Of a stretch of DNA of 64,000 nt, positions 41,577-50,555 are shown in pieces (the first letter of the stretch is position 1; every line of letters starts with the position of its first letter). This DNA is from Candidatus Aenigmatarchaeota archaeon. GTDB taxonomy: Archaea; Aenigmatarchaeota; Aenigmatarchaeia; CG10238-14. A model generated the notes under the pieces. That model was not told the origin of the DNA, made no database searches, and saw only the letters and a program-made list of their open reading frames with translations. The translations under genes were made by a program, and so were the position numbers. Location: the NCBI GenBank assembly GCA_030018415.1, contig JASEGC010000001.1:323067-387066 (forward strand), in the 5' to 3' direction.

Positions 41577-41992
41577 CAGTCGAGCATTTGAAAGAGTTCA
41601 AACGTTATCTTGATGTTTGGAAGAGGTATAAAAAGGAAGTAAAGCTTAAGGATTTTACTGAGAACATAGATAAGCAGAACATGGTATTACATGCGATGTT
41701 TGTTGCGATACAATCTGCGATAGATTTGGCGAACGATATGATAGTTTCTCGTAATCTAGAAGAGCCAGAAACCTATAGAGAGACCTTTGAAATACTTGGA
41801 AAGAACAAAATAATTCCCTCTAATCTTTCCTCGAGACTTGCATCTCTCGCGGGTTTTAGAAATGTCATAGCACATGTTTACTTTAGATTAGATGCGAAGC
41901 GTGCATACAAAGTTTTTCAACATGGCTATATAACATTAGGAGAATTTGAGAAATTTATAGAAAGAATAGTGAAAAAGAGTAAGGAAAAGTAA
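41567..41992 (+). CDS. HEPN (DUF86) domain protein, toxin partner of the MNT
   Basis: 'GFRNVIAHVY' R-X4-6-H HEPN motif; overlaps the upstream MNT gene by 10 nt. Confidence 0.7.
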   Translation: MELTVEHLKEFKRYLDVWKRYKKEVKLKDFTENIDKQNMVLHAMFVAIQSAIDLANDMIVSRNLEEPETYRETFEILGKNKIIPSNLSSRLASLAGFRNVIAHVYFRLDAKRAYKVFQHGYITLGEFEKFIERIVKKSKEK

Positions 41993-42084
41993 AACCAGCT
42001 TGTGATTCCTGGAAAGTAAGAAGCTTCTTAAACTAAGAATAACCTGCTAAGGACAGTATGGAAAGCGGTTTGGCTCTACTAGAC

Positions 42085-43002
42085 TTAAGTCAAAGGCTTC
42101 TTAACGGTTATGCCTGTTGAACTGTCTACACGCCAATCGTAGTTGAAGCCCAAAGCTATGCTGAAATCCTGTTTATTCAGGATATCTGTTTTACCGAGAG
42201 TAAGAGTGCATGAAAAGCTTGCTGTTTTTCCAGCTGATAATCTTATTCCTTTCGTTTTTACTTCGTCTGGACATGATATTGTTATTCCAGTTGAACTCTT
42301 CTCTGAGATGAGTTTTATCACATCTTTAGGCTCTCCACTACCGACGTTATTTATGTCAACTCTTATAGTGTAATTTATCTGGGCTGGATCAATCACAAAG
42401 GGTCTCTCCCTTACTCCGGCATAGAGTTTTACTGCTATTGGACCACCAGTCTGACGTAATTGTGTTACGCCAGCTTTGGTAGATAAAGCCTCCTTTTCTG
42501 ATTTAGATAAACGATTCCAGTAGTCTTTCGAAACAAACGTTAATATACCTGAAACATCTGTCAAATAATTATACTCAACTCTCACGTCAAAACTGTAAGT
42601 AGTATCAGCTTTTATACCGGTTGGGGCTTTGAAAGTCCAGAAATAAGTTGCAATTTCTCCAGGAATGCCTTCTTCAGGCGGGAGTAGTTGACTTATTCCC
42701 TCTTCAGAAAATCGAAAACTTAGCTTTCCCTGTGCTACTTGCCAATCATACTCACCGGGCGGTTCCGCAAAAGTTACACCGTAGAGGCTTACGTTGATGT
42801 CTGAAGCCTTAGCTCCACCCACATTTTGAACTTCCAAGTATAGATTAACAGTGTCGCCAGCCATGATTTTATTAGCGTCAGGAGAAAAATCTGGTATGAT
42901 CAAACCATTCATTCCTACGGGTATTTCTTTTGGTTGTGTACCAAGGCATCCAGAAGCTAAGACAACGCCAATCAGCATCAACAAAAGCAAAATTCTTTTC
43001 AT
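42085..43002 (-). CDS. Secreted lipoprotein / cell-surface protein
   Basis: Signal peptide with lipobox-like 'VVLASGCLGT'; 305 aa, no recognisable enzymatic motif. Confidence 0.45.
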   Translation of the reverse strand: MKRILLLLMLIGVVLASGCLGTQPKEIPVGMNGLIIPDFSPDANKIMAGDTVNLYLEVQNVGGAKASDINVSLYGVTFAEPPGEYDWQVAQGKLSFRFSEEGISQLLPPEEGIPGEIATYFWTFKAPTGIKADTTYSFDVRVEYNYLTDVSGILTFVSKDYWNRLSKSEKEALSTKAGVTQLRQTGGPIAVKLYAGVRERPFVIDPAQINYTIRVDINNVGSGEPKDVIKLISEKSSTGITISCPDEVKTKGIRLSAGKTASFSCTLTLGKTDILNKQDFSIALGFNYDWRVDSSTGITVKKPLT

Positions 43003-43056
43003 TGTAATTCACTCATATTTTTACTTAATATTTTATGGATTCTATAATTTAAAGTT

Positions 43057-43506
43057 TCACACTCTGATACAATTCATACAATTCATAGCTATTAAAACTG
43101 TTATTATTAATAATATCAACAGAACAATCCAGATCTTCCTCTCTTTTCTGGTTTCAAACAACCATATTATGAACCCAAACCAGATGGCAAAATAAGCGAC
43201 TAAAGGAAGGTTGAATTTTAAAACCAATTCAAAGATATTGTATCCCTCAGCATAAAAAGCAGATTCTAAGCCAGCAAAAGAACTTGCTAAGAACAGACAA
43301 CCCCAGATTAATAACAACCTAGATTTCTTCTTTTCTTTTTCTAAAAAAACCCCCAGAGTGAACAAAAAACAAGACATCACCCCAGCAATCAAAGAATAAG
43401 ACAGAGCTAGGTTCGAAAACATCTTCCCATTACTAATATTCTCTATTGAATTTATATCTGATTCTTCAAAATCTTTCTCATGAACTTTCAGGATTTGTTT
43501 TATCAT
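43057..43506 (-). CDS. Small integral membrane protein
   Basis: 149 aa with about 4 hydrophobic helices. Confidence 0.35.
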   Translation of the reverse strand: MIKQILKVHEKDFEESDINSIENISNGKMFSNLALSYSLIAGVMSCFLFTLGVFLEKEKKKSRLLLIWGCLFLASSFAGLESAFYAEGYNIFELVLKFNLPLVAYFAIWFGFIIWLFETRKERKIWIVLLILLIITVLIAMNCMNCIRV

Positions 43507-44241
43507 TATTTTTTTGAGACTGGTTACAACCCTGTGAATACCGTTACTTATGCGATCATTCTTATTGCATCTGTTTACACCGTTTACAAGATATTGAAAA
43601 AATTAAAAGTCAAGATCGATAGAAGGCTTGCCTTAGCAGTATCACCTTTTGTTGTTCTTGGCAGCTCGATCAGAGTGTTAGAAGATGCTCAAATCATATC
43701 TGGATGGATTTTCTTCACACCAGGAATCTATTTCTTGATTTTTTTTATGACATTCCTCACTCTTTTGATATCCTTAACCTTAGAAAGAAAATTTCATATT
43801 TCTTACTACAAACTCATGTTCGTCGTTGGGATCGTTCTAGTCAGTCCAGTACTAGGAATTCTCAAATACAGAAATTTTTTTGGTGTTGGCTATGTTCTAC
43901 TTTACTTCATACCTTGGATAATTTTTTTGAAGATAATCCCTTGGTTGAAAGAGAATAAAATTGTTACTGGTATACATGTTTTTGATGGAACTGTCACTTC
44001 TGTTGCGATGAATTATTTCGGTTACTATGAACAGCATGTCCTGCCAAGATACATTATCGATTTGGTTGGGACGCCTTTATCATTCGTTTTCTTGAAATTC
44101 ATACTAATTCTTATCATACTGGTCTTCATCGATAGATATTCTAAGGATAAAGAATTCAACAATTATTTAAAATTGATGATAGGAATATTGGGTGCGGCAA
44201 CTGGAATAAGAGATTTTATCAGCTTATTTTGTTTGACTTAA
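43480..44241 (+). CDS. DUF63-like archaeal membrane protein
   Basis: 253 aa polytopic; pattern 'HVFDGTVTSVAMNYFGYYEQHVLPRY' reminiscent of DUF63. Confidence 0.4.
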   Translation: MNFQDLFYHYFFETGYNPVNTVTYAIILIASVYTVYKILKKLKVKIDRRLALAVSPFVVLGSSIRVLEDAQIISGWIFFTPGIYFLIFFMTFLTLLISLTLERKFHISYYKLMFVVGIVLVSPVLGILKYRNFFGVGYVLLYFIPWIIFLKIIPWLKENKIVTGIHVFDGTVTSVAMNYFGYYEQHVLPRYIIDLVGTPLSFVFLKFILILIILVFIDRYSKDKEFNNYLKLMIGILGAATGIRDFISLFCLT

Positions 44242-45347
44242 GGTTGTCTATAAAATATTGTTATCTTCGCTTTTTCTATTTTGTAAGTAGTTCCGATCTC
44301 TGTGGAGAATGAGATAGTGTTTTCCCCGCTGACCAAACCGACATCAACATACTCAAACTTCAAAGAAACACGGCCCGTAGTCTTACCTTCGTATACCTTC
44401 CGGTCGTTTATCTTAACTGTGAGATAACCATCTCCTCCCACGCTTTCAACGTAGAATTCAACCCTACCTTCTTTGAAGTTGATTATCTCGTCCCTAGACA
44501 CAGTGAATACTTCTTTCTTTTCCAGATTACCGAAAAAGTTTATACCGAATTCAACTTTATCGATTTTATAGATGCTATCAACCCAGAATTTCCAACCCGG
44601 GACAGATGTGCTTATTTCTATCACGTTGTATTCGCTCAAATATTCTCTATCGATCGGTATCCTTATCCTTCCTGGTAACACTTTTTGATTGAAGATAACT
44701 TGGTTGTTGAATTTTATGATCAGATTACCTTCGCTGTTTGTATAATAAATATCGATGATGATGAAACCATCTGTCACCAAATTCATATCTCTTTCTATAG
44801 CCCCGCCCATGTTAACTTTTTTATCTTTACTGACTTCTACATTAGTCTTACTTCTAACCGTTTCTGAGCCGGCAGCATAGGTTACTGTGAAATCGCCGAT
44901 GTAATGGGAGCGTGAGAATTCTTCAACTTTTTCAACTTCTCTGATGACAGTAACAGTTAGCGAAACAATGGCTTTACCGCCTTCAGCAGACTCAACTTCT
45001 ATCGTGCCATAATAGTCTCTTTCCTCCGTGTCATAAGGAACGGTAACAGTCACTTTAACACTCGACAAACCAGCAGATTCAAAGTTATTGTTGCTGAACT
45101 TTATCCAATTGCTTATGATGCCTTTAGCCTTCAATGTAACTAAATCTGAAGTAACGTTTATCTGAAGGAAAAAACTCTCTGTTTCGCCTCTCTTGATGGT
45201 TAAGGATTGAGAAGTCGGTGAAACAACAGGAATCTGTATTTCTGTAGGCACGCCCCACATCAAAAACATGACGATGATTATTAACAACCCTGCAATGAGG
45301 ACAAAAGCAAACTCATCTATTTTCCCTGCTCCCTTCATTCTGTCCAT
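44238..45347 (-). CDS. Membrane-anchored extracellular protein (N-terminal TM / possible class III signal peptide)
   Basis: 'MDRMKGAGKIDEFAFVLIAGLLIIIVMFLMW' then 340 aa beta-rich sequence. Confidence 0.4.
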   Translation of the reverse strand: MDRMKGAGKIDEFAFVLIAGLLIIIVMFLMWGVPTEIQIPVVSPTSQSLTIKRGETESFFLQINVTSDLVTLKAKGIISNWIKFSNNNFESAGLSSVKVTVTVPYDTEERDYYGTIEVESAEGGKAIVSLTVTVIREVEKVEEFSRSHYIGDFTVTYAAGSETVRSKTNVEVSKDKKVNMGGAIERDMNLVTDGFIIIDIYYTNSEGNLIIKFNNQVIFNQKVLPGRIRIPIDREYLSEYNVIEISTSVPGWKFWVDSIYKIDKVEFGINFFGNLEKKEVFTVSRDEIINFKEGRVEFYVESVGGDGYLTVKINDRKVYEGKTTGRVSLKFEYVDVGLVSGENTISFSTEIGTTYKIEKAKITIFYRQP

Positions 45348-45672
45348 AATCTTCTTTTGATTTGTGTACTAATATCTTTTATCACTCAATTAAAATTCAA
45401 AAAAGATTATAAATTTTAGCGATTTTGGTTCTGTTAATTTATCGGGTGTTTTGACCTCAAAACAATGAGTGTTAAGTTATCGAGGGGCACAAAATATTTT
45501 TAAAAATTAAGGTAATGGTATCCCTACACTCTCTGGAACAGGTGGAGGCTCTATAAGTTGAGGTCCCAAAAATTGATTAAAAAATATACTAATAATGAAG
45601 ATTATTATTAAAATAATTATAATAAACAAAATTATTTTCTGTATATTTTTTGCTTTTCTCATTCTACTCACC

Positions 45673-47007
45673 TCATCCAGGAACTGGCGGTCCTCCTACT
45701 TCATATTCTAATCTACAATCTTGATCAACTTTGATGAAGTATCCTTTAGTAGGTTCAAGTAGTGTTGGATTATCCCATCCTCTTTTCAATGGATTATATC
45801 TCCACAATTCATACCCCTGATATTTTATGACATGATTCTTACAAGTTCCTAAAATATCTGCCAAATAACCATCACCAGATATCATATTCCAACCTCTATA
45901 AAGTTGCTTAGAAGTAAAGGTGTATTTTGTTTCGTAAAATGACGCTCTACATTCATTATTAGAATAAACATAAACTCCATCATTTGGGATGTAATTCGGA
46001 TGAGTCCATCCATTTAAAGGATCGTAATGCCATGTTTTGAAACCTTTATACGAAATTAAATCACAACCAGCATTTTCAATATCCGTTATTAACATCGTTC
46101 TTTGTATTGATGATGAAATCATATTCCAACCTTTGTATAATTTTATTTCGAATGATTCTTCTGCAGGTATAGTTGTTGTCATTTCTATAACTGTATAGAA
46201 TCCTTGACCAATGACAACTATATCAGTAGGGAAAGTTCCAGGGGGGACGCTTGCTGCAGAAAGATCAATGATATATTCTCTTAACTCAGCATCAGTTGGA
46301 GATTTTACCTTTAAAGTAAATGATTTAGATTCTCCTGGCCAAAGAGTGATTTGAGAAGGGAAATCAGTAATAATCCACCCTTTTTGATATCTTTGAAGAC
46401 TAACATCTAAGTAAAAAGTCCCTTCACCACATGCTTCTTCATTGTTGTTTGTGATGGAAATTGTATAAGTCAAAGCTTCGCCTCTCCTACCTTCCTGAGA
46501 TTTTGGAGAGAATACGGCATATAAATTTGCAGCATGACATGTTGGAATAACTTTATAGAAGCCCTGACCAATAACATAGTAGGTTGATGGGCCAGTACCG
46601 ATTTCATAACCTGGAGCTAATAAAGCTGCTGCGAGATCGATGATATACGAATATGATAAGTATTCGGCAGTGGTAGAAGATCTTACAGATAAAGTAAAAG
46701 ATGTTGACTGACCTGGTGATAGTGTGACTGAAGAAGGCAAACCAGTAATGGTCCATCCAGTTCCATATCTTTGGAGATTAGCGGTTAGGTAAAAGGTTCC
46801 TGTGCCACATGTAGCATCATTGTTATTCTGAATGGTAACCAAGTAATTTAGAGTTTCACCTCTTGTGCCGTTCTGTTCTCTGGGTGAAAAAGTTGCAACA
46901 AGGTTTGAAGCATGACATGTTTGAGCTGCAACCATTGGAATTAAACTTATAGTCCCAATACTAACGATTGTTATAAATAAAATAAGGCTTATCAATAGCT
47001 TCTTCAT
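45673..47007 (-). CDS. Secreted cell-surface protein with two about 120-aa internal domain repeats plus two C-terminal repeats
   Basis: Signal peptide; repeat A 'CHASNLVATFSPREQNGTRGETLNYLVTIQNNNDATCGTGTFYL...' vs repeat B 'CHAANLYAVFSPKSQEGRRGEALTYTISITNNNEEACGEGTFYL...'; C-terminal 'GWNMIS...W.YDP' units. Confidence 0.5.
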   Translation of the reverse strand: MKKLLISLILFITIVSIGTISLIPMVAAQTCHASNLVATFSPREQNGTRGETLNYLVTIQNNNDATCGTGTFYLTANLQRYGTGWTITGLPSSVTLSPGQSTSFTLSVRSSTTAEYLSYSYIIDLAAALLAPGYEIGTGPSTYYVIGQGFYKVIPTCHAANLYAVFSPKSQEGRRGEALTYTISITNNNEEACGEGTFYLDVSLQRYQKGWIITDFPSQITLWPGESKSFTLKVKSPTDAELREYIIDLSAASVPPGTFPTDIVVIGQGFYTVIEMTTTIPAEESFEIKLYKGWNMISSSIQRTMLITDIENAGCDLISYKGFKTWHYDPLNGWTHPNYIPNDGVYVYSNNECRASFYETKYTFTSKQLYRGWNMISGDGYLADILGTCKNHVIKYQGYELWRYNPLKRGWDNPTLLEPTKGYFIKVDQDCRLEYEVGGPPVPG

Positions 47008-47080
47008 AAATATTAATTCAATATAATTGAATTTAAATATGACGCATGTATGTATTTAGAACGATTTTATCTCATTAAAT

Positions 47081-47470
47081 TCAAATGTTTCTGATCATTG
47101 GGATGATTGAATGTACATTTTTCTGAAATAGTGAAAATGTATCTTGGAAATAAATCTTTATAGAATTCTCAAATTCAACCGCTTTATCATAAGTTTTGAA
47201 TTCTGTCTTCATTCCTTCAGGATTCTTGATTTCTCTATTGTCAGGAGAAAACACTCGTACTACATATGAAATTTTTGGATAAGTTATTCTTCTGTATTTA
47301 CGTTTTTCTTTTCTTCTTATTCCCAGTTCCCATGGATATTTTCTCTCTTCTATTTGTCCATTATTTTCACTATTAACAGCAAGATTGATGAGCTCAATCC
47401 ATCTATTTCCTCCATTCAGTTGTAAATTAATCCCAGCTTCTTGAGCTGGTGTGTTTCCATTAAGAGACAT
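47081..47470 (-). CDS. Hypothetical protein
   Basis: 129-aa ORF, no recognisable motifs. Confidence 0.3.
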   Translation of the reverse strand: MSLNGNTPAQEAGINLQLNGGNRWIELINLAVNSENNGQIEERKYPWELGIRRKEKRKYRRITYPKISYVVRVFSPDNREIKNPEGMKTEFKTYDKAVEFENSIKIYFQDTFSLFQKNVHSIIPMIRNI

Positions 47471-47685
47471 GTGAGGTCGAATGTAATCTTCGTGGAGAAG
47501 GAAAAATTAAAGGAAAGTTTATTGGTCCTGGAAAAGGAGTTTGGATCTGGTGGAAAAAAGACGCCTTTTGATTAATTAAATTCTTGTTCTTACAGTTATT
47601 TCTGATGATCTTCTACCACTCGAAGAGTTAACAAACTTATTTTAATTGATTCACCACTCTATAAATTAACAGAACCGCGATTTTT

Positions 47686-48717
47686 ATGGAAATCATCAAG
47701 TTCAACATAAAGAAAGGGTTTGTGGTCGTTAAAATCAACGTAAACGATGACCTATGGTATTTAGAGAGTGTAATAGAACCAGGAGATTTGATTAAAAGTA
47801 AAACTTTGAGGAGTTTATTCGTGGAGAGAGAGGGTAGAAAGATTAAGGCAGAGAAGAAGCCAATGACACTGAAGGTTGAGGTGGAGAAGATCGAGTTTAA
47901 TGAATTCGCGAACCAGTTGCGTTTGAACGGAAAGATAGTAGAAGGGCCTGAGGACATTCAATTAGGCTCTTACCATACTATAGAAGTTAAACTCGGCACG
48001 ATTTTAACAATCTACAAGAAAGAATGGAAACAGTATCAAATAGACAAATTAAAGAAAGCTCAGATCACGATGCCAGATGTCCTGATTTCGGTTGTAGATT
48101 CAGATCAAGCAACTTTCGGTTTATTGAAAAGAAGCGGTGTGGAAATCTTATCAGAGTTGAGAAACCCCCATTCAATTCAAGAAGAAGATAAGCTGCTAGA
48201 ATTCTACAAAAAAATAGCTTCTGAAATAAACAAGTTCTCCCAGAATATCAGTAGTATAGTTTTAGCAGGCCCAGGGTTCACGAAAGAACATGTTCAGAAG
48301 GTTATTCAAGAGGATTATCCGAACATACACAAAAAATTGATAATCGACACGACAACATCAGCAACTAAGGCAGGAATAAATGAAATATTGAGGAGAGGAA
48401 CTTTAAACAAAGTGATAAAAGAGAGTGAGGTAGTGAAGGAAAGTCAAATCATACAAGAATTCTTTATCCATCTTCAAAAAGATGATGGCTTGTCTGTCTA
48501 TGGATTAGAACAAATAAAAGATGCTGACAGTGCTGGTGCTATAAAAACTCTACTAGTCTCGGACGAGAACATAAGGAAAGACGAAATCGACCAACTTGCT
48601 GGACGAGTAGAACAGAAAAAAGGTCAAGTTGAAATAATATCAAAGACGCATGAGCTTGGAGAACAGTTTCATAGAATGGGTGGATTAGGAGCGATATTGA
48701 GGTTTAGAATTTATTAA
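47686..48717 (+). CDS. pelA: Pelota/Dom34 mRNA surveillance protein
   Basis: 343 aa; N-terminal 'MEIIKFNIKKGFVVVKINVNDDLWYLESVIEPGDLI' Pelota pattern; eRF1-like domains. Confidence 0.85.
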   Translation: MEIIKFNIKKGFVVVKINVNDDLWYLESVIEPGDLIKSKTLRSLFVEREGRKIKAEKKPMTLKVEVEKIEFNEFANQLRLNGKIVEGPEDIQLGSYHTIEVKLGTILTIYKKEWKQYQIDKLKKAQITMPDVLISVVDSDQATFGLLKRSGVEILSELRNPHSIQEEDKLLEFYKKIASEINKFSQNISSIVLAGPGFTKEHVQKVIQEDYPNIHKKLIIDTTTSATKAGINEILRRGTLNKVIKESEVVKESQIIQEFFIHLQKDDGLSVYGLEQIKDADSAGAIKTLLVSDENIRKDEIDQLAGRVEQKKGQVEIISKTHELGEQFHRMGGLGAILRFRIY

Positions 48718-48743
48718 GGAATTAATATTACTCCTGTGGCAAA

Positions 48744-49286
48744 CTACAAAGTCAAACGTTTAATACCATAATATGTAACGCATGATTCACCATCAACAAC
48801 TGCCCAGATCATCTCACTCCTAATGTTTTGTGCAAGCCTAACAGCTCTTGATAATTCTGGAAAGGAACAAGAAAATTCTTCAGGAATTGCATGAGCAACG
48901 AATTTTGTGTGCTCAAAGGCGGCTTTAGGTCCTTTCTTTAATTTAACTCCCCTCTCGTAAATTCTAAAATCTGTCCCGAATTTAAACCCAGTCTTTACGA
49001 GAAAACCCCTATCTCTCAAGTCAGTATAAACAACCAATCTTGCATGAAAGTTTCTCTCGTTTTTGACACAATACTCATACAATTCCTCTTTCGATAATTT
49101 TTTTTTCTCATTTTCTTCTTTAACAAAAACGGCTAATTTTCCTTTATTGAACAGAAACATTGCTTCTACTAAGGTTAACTCAAGTCTATCCTCTAAAACT
49201 TTCCCGTATCCAGATTCTTCTAACTCACTAAATGCTTCTTTATCCCAAATGATCACACGCTGTTCTAACAACTCTCCTTCTAACAT
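48744..49286 (-). CDS. endA: tRNA-splicing endonuclease catalytic subunit (about 180-aa alpha-type)
   Basis: 'LRDRGFLVKTGFKFGTDFRIYERG...HTKFVAHAIPEEF' catalytic-domain signature; 180 aa. Confidence 0.8.
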   Translation of the reverse strand: MLEGELLEQRVIIWDKEAFSELEESGYGKVLEDRLELTLVEAMFLFNKGKLAVFVKEENEKKKLSKEELYEYCVKNERNFHARLVVYTDLRDRGFLVKTGFKFGTDFRIYERGVKLKKGPKAAFEHTKFVAHAIPEEFSCSFPELSRAVRLAQNIRSEMIWAVVDGESCVTYYGIKRLTL

Positions 49287-49376
49287 AATGTCCTCTATAA
49301 TCTATTGCTAATTCATTGATAAATTTAAATTTTTATCTTAAACTTCACCAACACTATGTAAAAAGTATTCTGCAGA

Positions 49377-49802
49377 CTATTTACCTACGTGTTTGAATCT
49401 TTTAACTAATTCGTTTATTCTTTTTTCTAACGATTCATTTTTCAATTTCTCTAAAAACTTCTTAAAAGATTCATATTCCTCAACAATTTTTTCAAACTGT
49501 TTAGAATTGTTAATGATAGCCTTAATCTTTCTTTCATTCCTTATCACATTCGGATTTTTTAGCAATAATTTCACATCCTTTGATTTTAACTCTACAATTT
49601 CATTTATCGAAAAATTGTGAAAAGCTTCTTTTATCTTTGGCCACTTCTTCCTGACCAAGCTCCAACTTAATCCGGATTGGAGGATTGTCAATGAAAGGAT
49701 TTCGAAGTATTCATCATCGCTAGAAGGCCCTTTCCCTGGCTTACAAACGTTAGAATCCTCTTTTGCATAAGTACATTCCCAAGGAGCGGTATGAACTTTC
49801 AT
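49377..49802 (-). CDS. DNA-3-methyladenine glycosylase I (Tag)-like protein
   Basis: 'YFEILSLTILQSGLSWSLVRKKWPKIKEAFHNFSINEIVEL' matches the Adenine_glyco pattern. Start set at the ATG (49802-49800) that overlaps the archaemetzincin TGA; the longer ORF start at 49889 is an alternative. C-terminal zinc ligands of E. coli Tag are not obvious. Confidence 0.5.
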   Translation of the reverse strand: MKVHTAPWECTYAKEDSNVCKPGKGPSSDDEYFEILSLTILQSGLSWSLVRKKWPKIKEAFHNFSINEIVELKSKDVKLLLKNPNVIRNERKIKAIINNSKQFEKIVEEYESFKKFLEKLKNESLEKRINELVKRFKHVGK

Positions 49803-50257
49803 AATCCTAATTGTAGTTTGCACATATAGCATAAATACTTTGTTTTCTTGTCTACATCCCCGACTGTGCTTGAAAAAGTCATTACACATCCTCTCTTATT
49901 GCAATGACCTAATCCGAGAGTATGACCGATTTCATGGATGCATTCTTTTATCGTCCTCTCCTCCACTAATTCTTTATCTTCAGGTTGATGCCAGAAAGTA
50001 GGGTCGAGTCTAGCTATAGATACGACAGAAACTCTTCCTTTCATCTTGGCTTGACCGAAAACGAAATTTAATCCTTCTGTATATAAATCTTCTTTCGTTA
50101 TACCCAATATTCTACCTTCAAAATTTCTCTCAAGAAATTCCAATACTTGATCGGAACGGTACTGATTTCTCAATTGATTAAAGGCAGATTTAGGTATTTT
50201 TTCTACTTGACTTATCTCACTGACCATTCGAAAAGTTGACTTTAACTCTTCTGCCAC
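49799..50257 (-). CDS. amzA: Archaemetzincin (zinc metalloprotease)
   Basis: 'ECIHEIGHTLGLGHCNKRGCVM' HExxHxxGxxH plus C-terminal CxxC. Confidence 0.85.
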   Translation of the reverse strand: MAEELKSTFRMVSEISQVEKIPKSAFNQLRNQYRSDQVLEFLERNFEGRILGITKEDLYTEGLNFVFGQAKMKGRVSVVSIARLDPTFWHQPEDKELVEERTIKECIHEIGHTLGLGHCNKRGCVMTFSSTVGDVDKKTKYLCYMCKLQLGL

Positions 50258-50358
50258 TTTTTCTAGAATTTCTTTTTGGACTTCACCTAAGGGGATTATC
50301 TTCAGTCTAATGCTTTACACCTAACTAATTTTAGGATTTTTAAAATAAAGAAACTTAT

Positions 50359-50526
50359 GGGAAGGGCGTGAATTTCAGGTTAATACCTTTTGAACACGCG
50401 ACATCTTAACCCTGCTTTTGGCAGTGCGGTCTTCAGCTTCGCCAGATGAGATCTTCGTGCGCTTACGAGAGACCTCTCCCGGACTGAGCTACCTATATGG
50501 CAATAGTTCCCATGGTTTACCTTCCC
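50359..50526 (-). ncRNA. Candidate structured ncRNA of unresolved class (GC-rich element with 7-bp terminal helix)
   Basis: 168-nt GC-rich island in AT-rich, non-coding DNA; ends 'GGGAAGG' (50359-50365) and 'CCTTCCC' (50520-50526) are perfectly complementary; internal hairpins (GAGAGGTCTCTC, GCGTG/CACGC), an 'AGTCCGGG' motif, and a C-box-like 'AGATGAGA' with a 'CTGA' 40 nt downstream. I could not fit a tRNA cloverleaf, 5S, SRP or RNase P model by eye; strand uncertain. Confidence 0.3.
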
Positions 50527-50555
50527 ATTAACTAACTTATTATGAATAAAGTTCT

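Noticed and set aside
49802-49889. Longer N-terminal extension of the Tag-like ORF (start at 49889)
   Set aside because: It would overlap 90 nt of the archaemetzincin gene in another frame. The ATGA-coupled start at 49802 is more parsimonious, though not proven
50359-50526. GC-rich element interpreted as a standard tRNA, 5S rRNA, SRP RNA or RNase P RNA
   Set aside because: Tried both strands. No D-arm or T-arm pairing adjacent to the terminal helix. Too long for 5S, too short for archaeal SRP or RNase P RNA, and no P4 partner for the AGTCCGGG motif. Kept only as an unclassified ncRNA candidate
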